Assembly (NCBI RefSeq): GCF_006345805.1
Contig: NC_042999.1
Location: forward strand, 81,158,001-81,222,000
Origin: Octopus sinensis
Lineage: Eukaryota
Direction of reading: 5' to 3'
DNA: 64,000 nucleotides
Shown: positions 28,506-41,074 of the stretch, in pieces
How positions within the stretch are numbered: position 1 is the stretch's first letter
Layout: every line of letters starts with the position of its first letter
Made by a program: the position numbers and the translations under genes
The notes under the pieces: generated by a model
The model's database searches: none
Told to the model about the DNA's origin: nothing
The model's input: the letters and a program-made list of their open reading frames with translations, nothing else

Positions 28506-29449
28506 TTCATCATCATCATCATCATCATCATCATATTCATGGTTGTTGTTGCTAATGCATTTGTGGTGGTGGTGGTGTTGGAGGAGGTAGTTGTCTCATC
28601 GAGGCGCTGCTAAGTATATTTTTGTCTGTTTAAGTGCTTAGAATTATTAACTATTGGAATTTTGTTATATACTATTTGTTTAAATCAACCACAGTACACA
28701 TGACTGGTTGGCATTTTGTTTCACAACTATGGCGGGGGAAACAATGAGCCATAATTGCCTCAATAAACCTCATATTTTACAAATGTTGCCCCGCTCTATG
28801 GATCTCCTATACTTTAGATCTCTTTGGAGAGAATGTTTTCCTCCGGTTAAAATTTCCCATTGCCCTCATGGTCAAATGGTTAGAGAATAGGGCATGCCAT
28901 AGCTAATGATGCCCTGACATGCCTTGAGGCTACGAGATATACGGCGTTTCGTCGACGGTAACCATGTGTGGTTAACTTTTGCTAAACGCTATCTTCTGTT
29001 CTTCATCACATTCATAGTACAGGAGACCTGGATCAAAGCGTAGAGGAAGAGTGTAATAGAAAACTATAATTTTGTCAAGGACTCATAAACTTCGGCCTGT
29101 TGGGAAACGCGGTTGGTATATATTTCACCATGACGTTCTATATAGGGTTGATGATGATTAATTGCGATGACGTGCGGGAAAATAAATTTGGGCGTCTTTG
29201 AAAACCAATTGGTTTATCTTTCCTATGATTTCGAACCTGTGTCCATGCTTGTATAAGTTGCTGAGACATCTGACCTGGCATTAGTACAGGATGTGGTGGC
29301 ATGAATGGTTGGTTCAGTCGAATCTCTAAAGGTATGGTAATGCAGTCCATTGCCCCAGCCGGTGACGCTCATGTATCAAAACCATACGCTTAACTTTTTC
29401 TGTGCGTGTTTCTTGTACGTCTAATTCTGGAATTTGTTGTATTTGGAAT

Positions 29450-29790
29450 TCACTTGGATATTCATTTGCTTTTTTTTTTTTAGTAAGTGTAATGCTTTCT
29501 TGTTTTCATGCATTAAGACGAGTTTTAACTTCCAGAGTAATTCAGGTAGTTGTCTAAGCCAACTGAGGCAATTTTCCTTGTTAATTCCAGTTGTAAAAGT
29601 CCAAGGCCACCGTCTTTTCTTGGCAGGTAAAGTCGTTCTATATCTGCCTTAGGTTGGTTCATTGTATGTACTGTCAGCAATTTTCGTATTTTTCTGTTAA
29701 GATTACATATTTCAGTAACTGACAAGTTAATGACATTGAAACTGTAAGTTACAGCTTGTATGGCTAACGTATTCATCGCTTTGATCCTGT
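29450..29790 (-). mobile_element. R4/Dong-type non-LTR retrotransposon fragment (post-RT thumb region)
   Basis: NTLAIQAVTYSFNVIN..RKIRKLLTVHTMNQPKADIERLYLPRKDGGLGLLQLE. Confidence 0.85.
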
Positions 29791-29852
29791 TTCTTCTTCT
29801 TCTTCTTCTTCTTCTTCTTCTTCTTCTTCTTCTTCTTCTTCTTCTTCTTCTT

Positions 29853-29883
<31 letters not shown>

Positions 29884-29909
29884 TTATTATTATTATTATT
29901 ATTATTATT
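29791..29909. repeat. (CTT)n(TTA)n tract, the minus-strand tail of the adjacent R4-type element
   Basis: Direct reading; lies immediately 3' (minus sense) of the UTR-like segment 29910-30030. Confidence 0.85.
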
Positions 29910-30254
29910 GTTTTTTTCTTCTTTCAAATTTGCTTCCATTTCTTGCCGAGTGTCTTCCGACTCCTAGGACAAAGAAACTCATAGTATACATTGGTAGGCC
30001 ATTAAACTAAACACACTAGTTCGTACATTTTTTTTTTTATAGAAATAAAGTTAAATTAAAATACATACTCTCTTTACTCTTTACTCTTTTACTTGTTTCA
30101 GTCATTTCACTGCGGCCATGCTGGAGCACCACCTTTAGTCGAGCAAATCGACCCCGGGACTTATTCTTTGTAAGCCCAGTACGCTTTTGCCGAACCGCTA
30201 GTGACGGGGACGTAAACACACCAGCATCGGTTGTCAAGCAGACACACAAACACA

Positions 30255-30318
<64 letters not shown>

Positions 30319-31797
30319 TACGACAGGCTTCTTTCAGTTTCTGTCTACCAAATCCTCTCACCACAAATTGGTCGGCCCGGGGCTATAGCACAAGTCACTT
30401 GCCTAAGATGCCACGCAGTGGGACTGAACCCAGAACCATGTGGTTGGTTAGCAAGCTACTTACCACACAGTCACTCCTGCGCCTGGGTAGTAATAGTTCT
30501 CACATCGACAATGCTCTTCTCAATACGTGTGATGTACGAGTTAAGACAATCTTTTGCACTTCTTGCAGGGATGGTAAGCCAGGGATCATTCTCATATAAT
30601 TTTTGGTTCCCTTCTTGATCATTCCTAGTGCTCCTACGATCACTGGTATTGTAACCGCCTTGAGATGCCACATTTTCTCAATTTCAATGAGCAGGTCTTT
30701 ATATTTTCTGAGCTTGTCAAACTCTTTCGCCGAGATGTTATGATCACAGGGGATGCTCATGTCAATCAATAAGCAAACTTTATTGTTTTGATCTTTCACA
30801 ACAATATCCGGTTTATTGGCTTTTATGGTTCGGTCTGTATGTACTGGAAAGTCCCACAGAATCGTTACATTTTCTCCTTCAGTTACAGCTTCAGGGTCGT
30901 GATTATATCACTTGTCGGTAGTTTTGATATTGTAATGCCGACTTATTAGCCAGTGTCGATATTGGCCAACTCTGTCATGTCTTAATTTATACTCCACTGG
31001 TGCTAAAACTTTACATCCAGAGATTAGGTGGTCCACTGTTTCAATCATGTCGTTGCAGAATCGGCATTTTGGGTCTGCTTCATTTTTCATCACATTGGCC
31101 TGGTAGTTCCGGGTTAATAGGCTTTGATCTTAAGCAGCCAGGATGAGACCTTCACTCTCTGCTTTTAGCCCTGAGCTCCGTAGCCACTGATGGGTTTGCT
31201 TCTGGTCAATATCAGCTTGTTTGCTACGGGCCACATATTTGCCGTGCAGAGATTTCTCCTTCCCACCTATCAGCCAATTGCTCGTGCGCTTTTTTCGTTC
31301 CCATTATTTTCACCTCCTTTGCAAAAATAGTTGCCGTACTTCCCTCGGATTGTTCAGTTTCGATATCCTGCACGAGATCAATAGCAAATTTTTTGCTTTC
31401 CTTTATGATAGAATAAAGCTTCTTTCGTCTCTCGTGATTTTCCACGAACTTTAGCATCCAGTCATTCGTTGGCCAGTCCAATTGTGGTTGTTTTTTAAGC
31501 TAGTTCAAATTGGATCAGGCCTCGACCTCCTGGGGCTCCGGGGAGGTAAAGGCGATCTACGTCTGCCTTTGGGTGGTGCATCCTATTACAACTCAGCAGC
31601 TTGCGTATCTTCCTATCTATATTCTTTACTTCACTCATATTCCAGTTCAACACATTGTAGCTATAAGTAACAACTGGAACTGCTAAGGAATTTATAGCTA
31701 ACACCTTGTTACGTACATTTAGTTCAGATTTCAGGGCTGCTCGAACTCTCCTATAACTTTCCTTCCTGATCTTTTCTTTCATGCTTGCATGCTGAAT
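29910..31797 (-). mobile_element. 5'-truncated R4/Dong-type element: thumb, CCHC knuckle, RLE endonuclease and 3' UTR interrupted by a SINE
   Basis: HHPKADVDRLYLP..GGRGLIQFE; CRFCNDMIETVDHLISGC..YKLRHDRVG; KPDIVVKDQNNKVCLLIDMSIPCD..KYKDL..IPVIVGALG..TRTSHVLRRALSM* (stop at 30500-30502). Confidence 0.93.
30068..30484 (-). mobile_element. Full-length SINE family A
   Basis: Reverse complement begins aggcgcaggagtgactgtgtggtaag (A box-like) ..ggttctgggttcagtcccactgcgtggc (B box-like), with internal microsatellite and an (aaagagt)-type tail. Confidence 0.9.
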
Positions 31798-31800
31798 AAC

Positions 31801-31841
<41 letters not shown>

Positions 31842-31844
<3 letters not shown>

Positions 31845-32275
31845 GTCTTTACACAGCTTGTATCCCTGGAGATGTACTGCGTTGTCAGTTGTACACTGTC
31901 AGTGAACTAAAGCAACACCCCTTATTTTTCGAGCACCATCCGGAGTATTCGAGCGGTTCCCAACAGTGCTGTTTTCAGTAAGTGCTCCACCCTTATAGCA
32001 GCTTCTATTTATTCCGTGTACTTCTCAAGATTTTTAATCACTGTTCCCAGGGCTCTGACAATTATTGGTACCAATACCAACTTTTTGATCGACCACAACT
32101 GCTTAACCACCCAAGCTAATCTTTCATATCTATCGAGTTCTCTTTCTTCCTTATCAGGAAGTCAGTTGGATATGCTATATCTATGTTCCAGCATTGTTTG
32201 CTTCCTTTCTCAATTAACACTATGTCTGGCTTCTTATTCTCTCTCTCATGGTCGCACTGACACCAGTATTTTTCA
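31842..32275 (-). mobile_element. 3' end of a second R4/Dong-type subfamily with an (AAT)n tail at 31798-31841
   Basis: KPDIVLIEKGSKQCWNIDIAYP..LVPIIVRALGTV..TALLGTARILRMVLEK*. Confidence 0.85.
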
Positions 32276-32279
32276 TCTG

Positions 32280-32770
32280 CGTGCTCCACGTCTGTGATAC
32301 TTGAATTTCGAGATCTTTGTATTTTGACAATTTCTCCACTGTTTTTGCGCAATATTTTGGCCAGAAGAGATTGAAATCTTTATCAGTAAGGGGAATTTTC
32401 TTCCAATCCTTCATTATTATGTCTGGGCTCTTAGATTTTGCTTTTTACCAGACGTACCCCGGATGATTATGACCTGGTCGTTGTCATGTACCTTGTTTGG
32501 TACAGGTTTATACCGTTTCTCATTAGTTTTTTATATTGTAGTTTAGGTATGTTGTTCAGTGAATATAACTACTTACTTGATCATATATCTATATATATAT
32601 ATTCAGATTTGGCAAGGAGTGGACAACCAGAGATGATATGGTCAACTGTCTTATTTTACTGGTTGCATATTTCCTCCCCAGTCTCCACATCTCTTTCTAG
32701 TTTGTTGGTCTGTGCTCCATATATTAAACAGTTTACCTTATTTCATTACACGTGGGTGGAATCTCTGAGT
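32280..32770 (-). mobile_element. Third R4/Dong-type fragment (knuckle to RLE)
   Basis: TVDHIISGCPLLAKSEYIYRYDQV; PDIIMKDWKK; EKLSKYKDLEIQVSQTW. Confidence 0.75.
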
Positions 32771-32839
32771 TAATTGTGTTGTTATATTCCGCTATATGTT
32801 TTCAAAATGGCAAAGATAGGTGATCAACTAAACGATAAT

Positions 32840-33251
32840 CTTTACTCGCTTTTACTTGTTTCAGTCATTTGACTGCGGCCATGCTGGAGCACCGCCTTTA
32901 GTCGAGCAAATCGACCCCAGAGCTTATTTTTGTAAACCTAGTACTTATTCTAAAGGTCTCTTTTGTCGAACCGCTAAGTTACGGGGACGTAAACATACCA
33001 GCATCGGTTTTCAAGCAATATTGAGGGGACAAATACAGATACACAAACATATACACACACATACATATACATATTTATATACATATGTGACGGTCTTTTT
33101 CCAGTTTCCGTCTACCAAATCCACTGACAAGGCTTTGGTCGGACCGAGGATATGATAGAAGACACTTGCCCAAGATGCCAGGCAGTGGGACTGAACTCGG
33201 AACAATGAGATTGGTACGCAAGCCACTTACTACACAGCCACTCCTGCGCCT
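32840..33251 (-). mobile_element. Full-length SINE family A
   Basis: Collinear with 30068-30484; ends ..acacagccactcctgcgcct. Confidence 0.9.
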
Positions 33252-34643
33252 CTTTCAGTGCTTTTGTTGAAAACTACTGTCGATCTTTTAAAATTCAAAT
33301 AAACAAAATCAAATTATCATATACAATTTCATGGTGGTTCATATGAAGTCATATTTTAGATTCCAATGCGCTTATGAAAAATTCTTTTCGGTGATATCAC
33401 CTATGTTTATTTTCATTTTGTGTGGATATGTATCTTTTATACAATGATTCTTCAACTTCTCAGAATATTAAATGTAAGACGGGAGAAACTCCTCTATAAC
33501 AATTCTTTGAAAAGTTTCTCTATGCGACGTAATATACTTCCTGGTGTTTCGATTCTTTGCAAACATCAAAAGTTAAAATCTTATTGAGTCACACATTTCT
33601 CACTTTCAAACCGTTCCCGTTTCAGTCAATCGGTTTATTCTTTGTCAGAAAATCGTGTAACATCGTTGTAAACATCGAGATGACGTGCCAATTTGCACTT
33701 ACAATGATTTTCTGTTCTATGTCATATAATCTGATATAACTACTTGTATTAAAAATCGATTTATAGCTGTTTTAAATGTAGAATTGACGCATGCAGAAAA
33801 TTTACAGAAAATAAATAGAAACAAAGCAATATAGAAACCAAATTGTATATATTATATTATATCTGTTTGTACAGAAGTGTGTTAAAGTTAAATCAGTAAT
33901 TATGGATTACTTCTTAATTTTGAATATATTAATATTCAGTGATGAAAGTGTTTGCTTTAGTACAAACATTTAGGAAAATATTATTGTTTGGGAAATAATA
34001 TTATATGATGGTGTGACTAGGAATATTTTCATCGAGCATAACGTCTAATGATGAGTTTAGCTAGTACTTTACTTTAAGAGACAATACATACATACATACA
34101 TACATACATACATACATACATACACGCATACATATATACATACATATATACATGATTACATATTTACATACATATATCTATCAATCAACTTCCTCTCTCT
34201 CCTTATTTCTCTCTCTTTCCCTCTTCCTCTTTATCTATAGGTCTATTCATATATATATATATTTTTTCTCTCCTTGTATCTTTCTGTGTTCCTTTCTTTG
34301 GAAGAGCGTAGGCTCGTAACTTTAAAGACTTTTTCACTTCCCGAGCGTTATAATAATACATCTGTCTGTTGTCTACGCCAACTGTCTTCGTCTTTTGCTG
34401 GTTTTTTTTTGTGAATTCTTCATATATATATATATATATAATTTTCGTTATAAGATATAATGCTGTCATTGAGATCCAAAGGTGTCAGGTAATGCTGAAT
34501 AAGTGCCATAGACAGACCATAGTTAAGTTCCAGATTCGGCAATATTGCGAATCAAGAGTTCAACGTTGGTTCTATGTCAGCGTGTGTATATAAGAATTTT
34601 TTGCGTAATAAGATAGAAAAAAACAAGGCTGTGTAGATATCAG

Positions 34644-34954
34644 GCCTAGTACTTACTCTATCGATCTCTTTGATGAACCACTAAGTTACAAGGACGTAAA
34701 CACAACAGCTTCGGTTGTGAAGCAGCGATTTTGGGGTACAAATATAGACATACAACCATATACATACTCATACATATATATACATATATACGACGGGCTT
34801 CTTTTAGCTTCCGTCTAACAAATCCACTCACAAGGCTTTGATCGGCCCGTGGCTATAGCAGAAGACACTTGCCCAAGATGCCACGCAGTGGGACTGAACC
34901 CGTAACCATGTGATTAGTAAGCAAGTTACTTACCACACAGCCACTCCCGTGCCT
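34644..34954 (-). mobile_element. SINE family A lacking its 3' tail
   Basis: gcctagtacttactctatcg..gacgggcttc..gaagacacttgcccaagatgccacgcagtgggactgaaccc..ccacacagccactcccgtgcct. Confidence 0.85.
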
Positions 34955-35190
34955 ACATGTATATATATATATTAATAATAAATATTAGGGAATAAATCCA
35001 AACTTACAGGGAAAAATCAGATATAGGATTGAATCCAATTTTATAGTAAAATATTATATTATATTAAATTAGAGATAAAACCACTATTAGGCAAATCATA
35101 CAATGAAAAACTTAAGCCAATACATAAGATTATTTAATTTATATTATTTAAATATATAACAAAATTATTAAAAAAATATAATTAATATAA

Positions 35191-35252
35191 CACTACGATC
35201 GTTTCATGGCTGTTAATTTCTTTAAATTTTCGAGTTAGTTATTCATCAATGT
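35191..35252 (-). ncRNA. Degenerate inverted copy of the same hammerhead
   Basis: Minus strand ca-TTGATGA-ataact..cagccat-GAAA-cgatcg-TA-gtg; C3 changed to U and the stem II 5' strand is eroded. Confidence 0.5.
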
Positions 35253-35293
35253 AAAGTTCATTGATTAAACCTCGCCAAGTTAAATATTTAAAC

Positions 35294-35357
35294 CACCTGA
35301 TGAATGACTGTAACTCGAAAATTTAAAGAAATTAACAGACATGAAACGATCGTAGTG
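35294..35357 (+). ncRNA. Minimal type I hammerhead ribozyme motif with canonical core
   Basis: cac-CTGATGA-atgactg-(25 nt)-cagacat-GAAA-cgatcg-TA-gtg; stem I cac/gtg, stem II 6 of 7 paired, palindromic stem III. Confidence 0.8.
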
Positions 35358-35499
35358 TTATATAATTATATTGTTTTAATAATTTTGTTATATATTTAAA
35401 TAATATAAATTAAATAATCTTATGTATTGGCTTAAGTTTTTCATTGTATGATTTGCCTAATAGTGGTTTTATCTCTAATTTAATAATAATAATAATAAT

Positions 35500-35544
<45 letters not shown>

Positions 35545-36002
35545 ATATATACATATATATGTCTGTACGTATGTATGTATTATGTATGTATGTATGTGTA
35601 TGTGAGTGTATATGTACGCATAGAAATAGCTGTGTGCGTGTATGTTTGAGTACACCTTTTCTTTTTCTTCCTTCACCGTGGCTGTGTGTGGTGCTCTTGA
35701 TTATTATCTAAATATAAACGCATCATCCAAACATAAGATTTGTACTATTTAATTCATGTGCCTCAAGAACTACTTATATGTGTATCTAACATGTAAAATA
35801 TTGTAATTTCACTTAGCAAATGAAGCACGAGTAATAGTGAAATAAATCATTCCCAAGATGTTTTCCAATTTCTTGTTGTGGTGTATATGTGTGTGTATGT
35901 GTGCATGCATGCATGCATATGTATGTATATACACACTCAAACAAACACACACGCACACAATAACACAAACACATATAAATCTGTAAATAATAAGATTTTA
36001 TA

Positions 36003-36227
36003 AGCTTAAAGCTTATAAGCGACGGCCGTGCATTGCCAAAAGTAAATAGTCTAATATTAGGGCATATAAGCTCTCGACGGAAAAAAAAGTAGGGTTGCTG
36101 TACATATGGAATGGCTTGGTCCCATGCATACGGCAAACAGTACTTTTTTCCGTCGAGGGCTTATATGCCCCAATTTGAGACTATTTACTTCAGTCATTAC
36201 ACGGTGATCGCTTATAAGCTTTAAGCT
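36003..36227. mobile_element. 225-bp hairpin MITE flanked by TA
   Basis: TA|agcttaaagcttataagcga..ctcgacggaaaaaaaagta ... tacttttttccgtcgag..tcgcttataagctttaagct|TA. Confidence 0.75.
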
Positions 36228-36769
36228 TATGAAATATTTTTATCATTTATTTACAGAAGTGTAAAATCGGCACTGCTCACCAAATAATCCTACATATATG
36301 TACGTACATATATGTATATATATATATTTTTGAGTTTGCTGGCACTGTTAGTTTCGAGCAGATCTTCAGAAGCGATAAGAAGCGGAAAGGGTATGCTCCC
36401 ACTTTCAGTGTTTTCAAATCCAAACCAAGGAGTTCTGAGCTGATGATAGAAATGTCGAGTTGACTAATCTTGAAACGTACGTTCTCAAATAACCTTTGCA
36501 TTTGATTTTTTAATGTCTTTACCCCCATACTTTCGTGAGTTGAATTGAGCAAACACTATATGAGAGAGGTGTTCTTTAAGTATTAGAAATAGTTTTAAAA
36601 AAGTTGTTTTTAGCTACTATTTCTAATGAGTTCAGTATGCGGCAAAGTAATTTATTTTACTAAGCCCTTTTATATAATGTAATAATTTGAATTCGCCTTA
36701 AATGGTCCCTTTGCATACTGAATACTTGGTGAAATTGATTAATAATTAATTAATTTTACCCTCAATTGT

Positions 36770-36819
<50 letters not shown>

Positions 36820-37268
36820 TATGTCTGTACGTATGTATGTATTATGTATGTATGTATGTGTATGTGAGTGTATATGTACGCATAGAAATAGCTGTGTGCG
36901 TGTATGTTTGAGTACACCTTTTCTTTTTCTTCCTTCACCGTGGCTGTGTGTGGTGCTCTTGATTATTATCTAAATATAAACGCATCATCCAAACATAAGA
37001 TTTGTACTATTTAATTCATGTGCCTCAAGAACTACTTATATGTGTATCTAACATGTAAAATATTGTAATTTCACTTAGCAAATGAAGCACGAGTAATAGT
37101 GAAATAAATCATTCCCAAGATGTTTTCCAATTTCTTGTTGTGGTGTATATGTGTGTGTATGTGTGCATGCATGCATGCATATGTATGTATATACACACTC
37201 AAAAAAACAAACACACACGCACACAATAACACAAACACATATAAATCTGTAAATAATAAGATTTTATA

Positions 37269-37493
37269 AGCTTAAAGCTTATAAGCGACGGCCGTGCATT
37301 GCCAAAAGTAAATAGTCTAATATTAGGGCATATAAGCTCTCGACGGAAAAAAAAGTAGGGTTGCTGTACATATGGAATGGCTTGGTCCCATGCATACGGC
37401 AAACAGTACTTTTTTCCGTCGAGGGCTTATATGCCCCAATTTGAGACTATTTACTTCAGTCATTACACGGTGATCGCTTATAAGCTTTAAGCT
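37269..37493. mobile_element. Duplicate of the 225-bp hairpin MITE
   Basis: Same sequence inside the second tandem unit. Confidence 0.75.
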
Positions 37494-38992
37494 TATGAAA
37501 TATTTTTATCATTTATTTACAGAAGTGTAAAATCGGCACTGCTCACCAAATAATCCTACATATATGTACGTACATATATGTATATATATATATATTTTTG
37601 AGTTTGCTGGCACTGTTAGTTTCGAGCAGATCTTCAGAAGCGATAAGAAGCGGAAAGGGTATGCTCCCACTTTCAGTGTTTTCAAATCCAAACCAAGGAG
37701 TTCTGAGCTGATGATAGAAATGTCGAGTTGACTAATCTTGAAACGTACGTTCTCAAATAACCTTTGCATTTGATTTTTTAATGTCTTTACCCCCATACTT
37801 TCGTGAGTTGAATTGAGCAAACACTATATGAGAGAGGTGTTCTTTAAGTATTAGAAATAGTTTTAAAAAAGTTGTTTTTAGCTACTATTTCTAATGAGTT
37901 CAGTATGCGGCAAAGTAATTTATTTTACTAAGCCCTTTTATATAATGTAATAATTTGAATTCGCCTTAAATGGTCCCTTTGCATACTGAATACTTGGTGA
38001 AATTGATTAATAATTAATTAATTTTACCCTCAATTGTTGAAATTATATATATATATATATATATAATAACAGTATTAATGCCATTCATTCACGGAAACAG
38101 GTGAATAGTATTGGTAAGGTTGACATTTACTTTGCTTATTCAATAAATTTGTTCTGAACCAAACAATACTTTGCTAAATTCATTAAAAAAAGATCATTGG
38201 TCGCCTACATTTTGAGATATTATGATACAATCAAAAAAGTTACTATAAATATGTTTTTTTTTAATTAAGTAAAGACTAAATACAAAGTTTATGCAGTAGA
38301 TTCTCCTCATCTCCTAAGTTCTTTTATCACAATTATTCTTGAATAAGCCGTTTCAATATATGAGATTTAACTTTCAAAACAAAGTCAAAATTTGGTCACG
38401 CATAAAGGATACATGACAAAAACTAATCACATCAATATGGTATAGATGTATCGTAGCGTCTTTAAGCTTGTAAATCTCTATGATCTACAAGCAAAATTTA
38501 CTATAATTTCTTTTAAATATGAGTAAATCCATTTCTAAACCAGCATCAGGTTTAGAAAGTTGAATGATACTCTATAATTTATACCTTCCAACGGCGGAAA
38601 CTTAATGTCTTTCATTCTCCAGTTAGTACAACGGTTATTTGTTATCAATACCTACAATTCTCTCTGATATTACATGTTTTGCAATAAATAACTGACGTTA
38701 GTATATATCTAATACAAACCTCCTACCTACCTAACTTCTCCTCACCAGAGTGTATCATATTTATATCTTCTTTCAGAATTTGTCCACCTTTAAACTCCTA
38801 GCATCCATTTTCCCTCACTATGGGTTACTATCTAACCATTCTCTCCGATCATGTATTTACCTAACGAATACCCAACCTCACTGGTTATAGCTGGACTTAT
38901 TCGGATCTCTATGGACTATGAATTATGTCAGAAACCACAACAAATATAGCTGACGACGAGCTTTCATTCCACTGTTACATATGCTCAACCCA

Positions 38993-39036
<44 letters not shown>

Positions 39037-39240
39037 GGGTATTCCGTTATTGGAATGTTCAGTATATGGAGTCTTCCTTCGGCATGATGTTTCAATAGAT
39101 GGAATATCCCAGAAACAGCTGTCAAAGACTATCTCAACCATTCATGTCCTTGCCAAGACTTGCCCGTCCAATAACACTATACTTGTTCCACGTCCTTGCG
39201 TTGTTGTGTTTTCTCTTTCTGTTTTAATGTTTGGATTAAC

Positions 39241-39291
<51 letters not shown>

Positions 39292-41074
39292 ATGTGTATG
39301 TGTGTATGTGTGTGTATGCGTGTGTGTGTGTGTTTAAAGATATATGCATGCATATAGATATGTATAAATGCATGCTTATACACACGCACACACACACACA
39401 CATACATATATATATTTATGGATATTCGTTGAGAGAGAGAAAGGGAGAGAGAGATTAGATGGATGGATAGATAGATTGTTAGATAGCTAGATAGATATGA
39501 CATCAAATTTACAAATACAATACTGTCTCATTTCCACAAGATGAGTTCGATGACAATGCATTTATAATATTTAGTCTGCTCTGTCCATGATTAAGGTAGT
39601 AAGAAATATATTTCCATGATTTTCTAAGTAAAAGTAATATACTTTTCATATTCATACTCACATTTTATGAAGTTAGAAGAATTATGTCGTGAACACTTGT
39701 GTCAAAAGTAGACCTACATTTAATCTCATACATAAATTTCTACGTTATTTAGATTTTCGTTATTTAGATTCATCTTAAGATTGTGATAATAACCGTACAT
39801 ATATTTCTGTTTAATTTCTGTTTAATTGATCGCTTTAAGTCACAATTTCAAATTTGCTACATGCTGTTGTCTTTCTGTTTGCTAATGTGGAAAGTGGTAT
39901 ACATTGACAGTATATATTAGTAATTCTGGTTGTAAACATGCAGTGAAAGGAAATGCAATTTCTGTTTCCCTCTTGTTGCGTCCAAACCGGCTGGTCTCTG
40001 AGCAATCCTGATGCCCAATCCCTCCTTTGCAGAATATGGATCTTCAGAAATTCCTTCCGTATTTATGTGTTTCCTACTTATGTTAATAAACAGATGCTGA
40101 AAACGAACATTATTATCTTAATCTCAGTTGCAATTGAAGGCCTTACAAAGGCCATGTGCACAGACACTATATTCCATCTCCCCAAATAAGACAGAAACTA
40201 ATTGTTTATCACAATATTTTTGGTTAATTTTGTATAGTTCAAAAGAAGTCTTAACTTTATAGACGAACGAGGGAACTTGTTTTAATCATGATCATCTTGT
40301 TATTTTGCATTACACAAACTATATTTTCAAACAAATATTTAAAAAGTTGTTACGGTGTGTAATATGGCGAATATGTGGTTACTATTTCTCTTATATCGCG
40401 AACAGTGTAGTGTTCAGTTTTGTACTCTATTGTTTAGATTTATCATAACTATTTCAGTCATAGAAAGACTGCCTTTCCGTTACAGACATAATAAATTGAA
40501 AAGCAGTTTAGCTGATGTGTTCGTCTTATAGCTGGGTTAGATGTAAGAAATTTGGCAGTTATATATTGCAAAATATGTAATATCGTATTGCGTTGTAGGT
40601 ATTGCTTAGTCATAACCTTTGTACCACCCGGAAGAAAAACCATTAAATGTCTGCATTTGGAAGGTATAAATGATAAAGACTCATTAACTTTCTTTAACTA
40701 ACTTCCATCACATCATGCAGTCCTGTCGCTAATTTTACGTCACTGTAGTTCATAGCAGATAAGGAATAACAGTACTATGACTATGAGTTCCAGAGTTTCA
40801 AAATTGTTGTATTATCTAGTTCAAGACTTGTAGAAAATAGCAATAGGTAAGGACACGCGCACACTCATATATATGTTTGTATATATATATATAAAGATAT
40901 TTTAAAAAATTTAAGAAAAAATACTTTTTAGAAAGTAGAATAGTACTAACCTTTAGGAAGGAATTTCACAAATTGTGTGAAAGCGTTAATAAATGTGCAA
41001 GCGTTTTCAGTTCTCAATGTTATCAAGCACGTGTTATGGCTATTGTATGTAGCGGAAGTTGTTTTAGGTAAAGT

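Larger units (their letters stand above)
35062..35485. mobile_element. Fold-back element with about 175-bp inverted arms, each carrying a hammerhead motif
   Basis: tattaaattagagataaaaccact..ttttcgagtta (35062-35237) versus taactcgaaaa..agtggttttatctctaatttaata (35311-35485). Confidence 0.85.
35520..38045. repeat. Tandem duplication of a unit of about 1.27 kb
   Basis: gtctgtacgtatg at 35561 and 36823; caattgttga at 36763 and 38031; near-identical apart from small indels; junction inside (TA)n. Confidence 0.95.

Noticed and set aside
29138-29350. Pro/Gln-rich 70-aa ORF (PFMPPHPVLMPGQMSQQ)
   Set aside because: No homology recognised; it adjoins retrotransposon debris and its splice sites do not give a clean exon
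39960-40670. Two exon-like open frames (minus about 39940-40110; plus about 40530-40663 between AG and GT)
   Set aside because: Plausible splice motifs but unrecognisable peptides; insufficient for a CDS call
40930-41050. ttgataa..gaaaacgctt on minus, downstream of the PLE fragment, as another U3-A8 hammerhead
   Set aside because: Stem II cannot close properly next to GAAA
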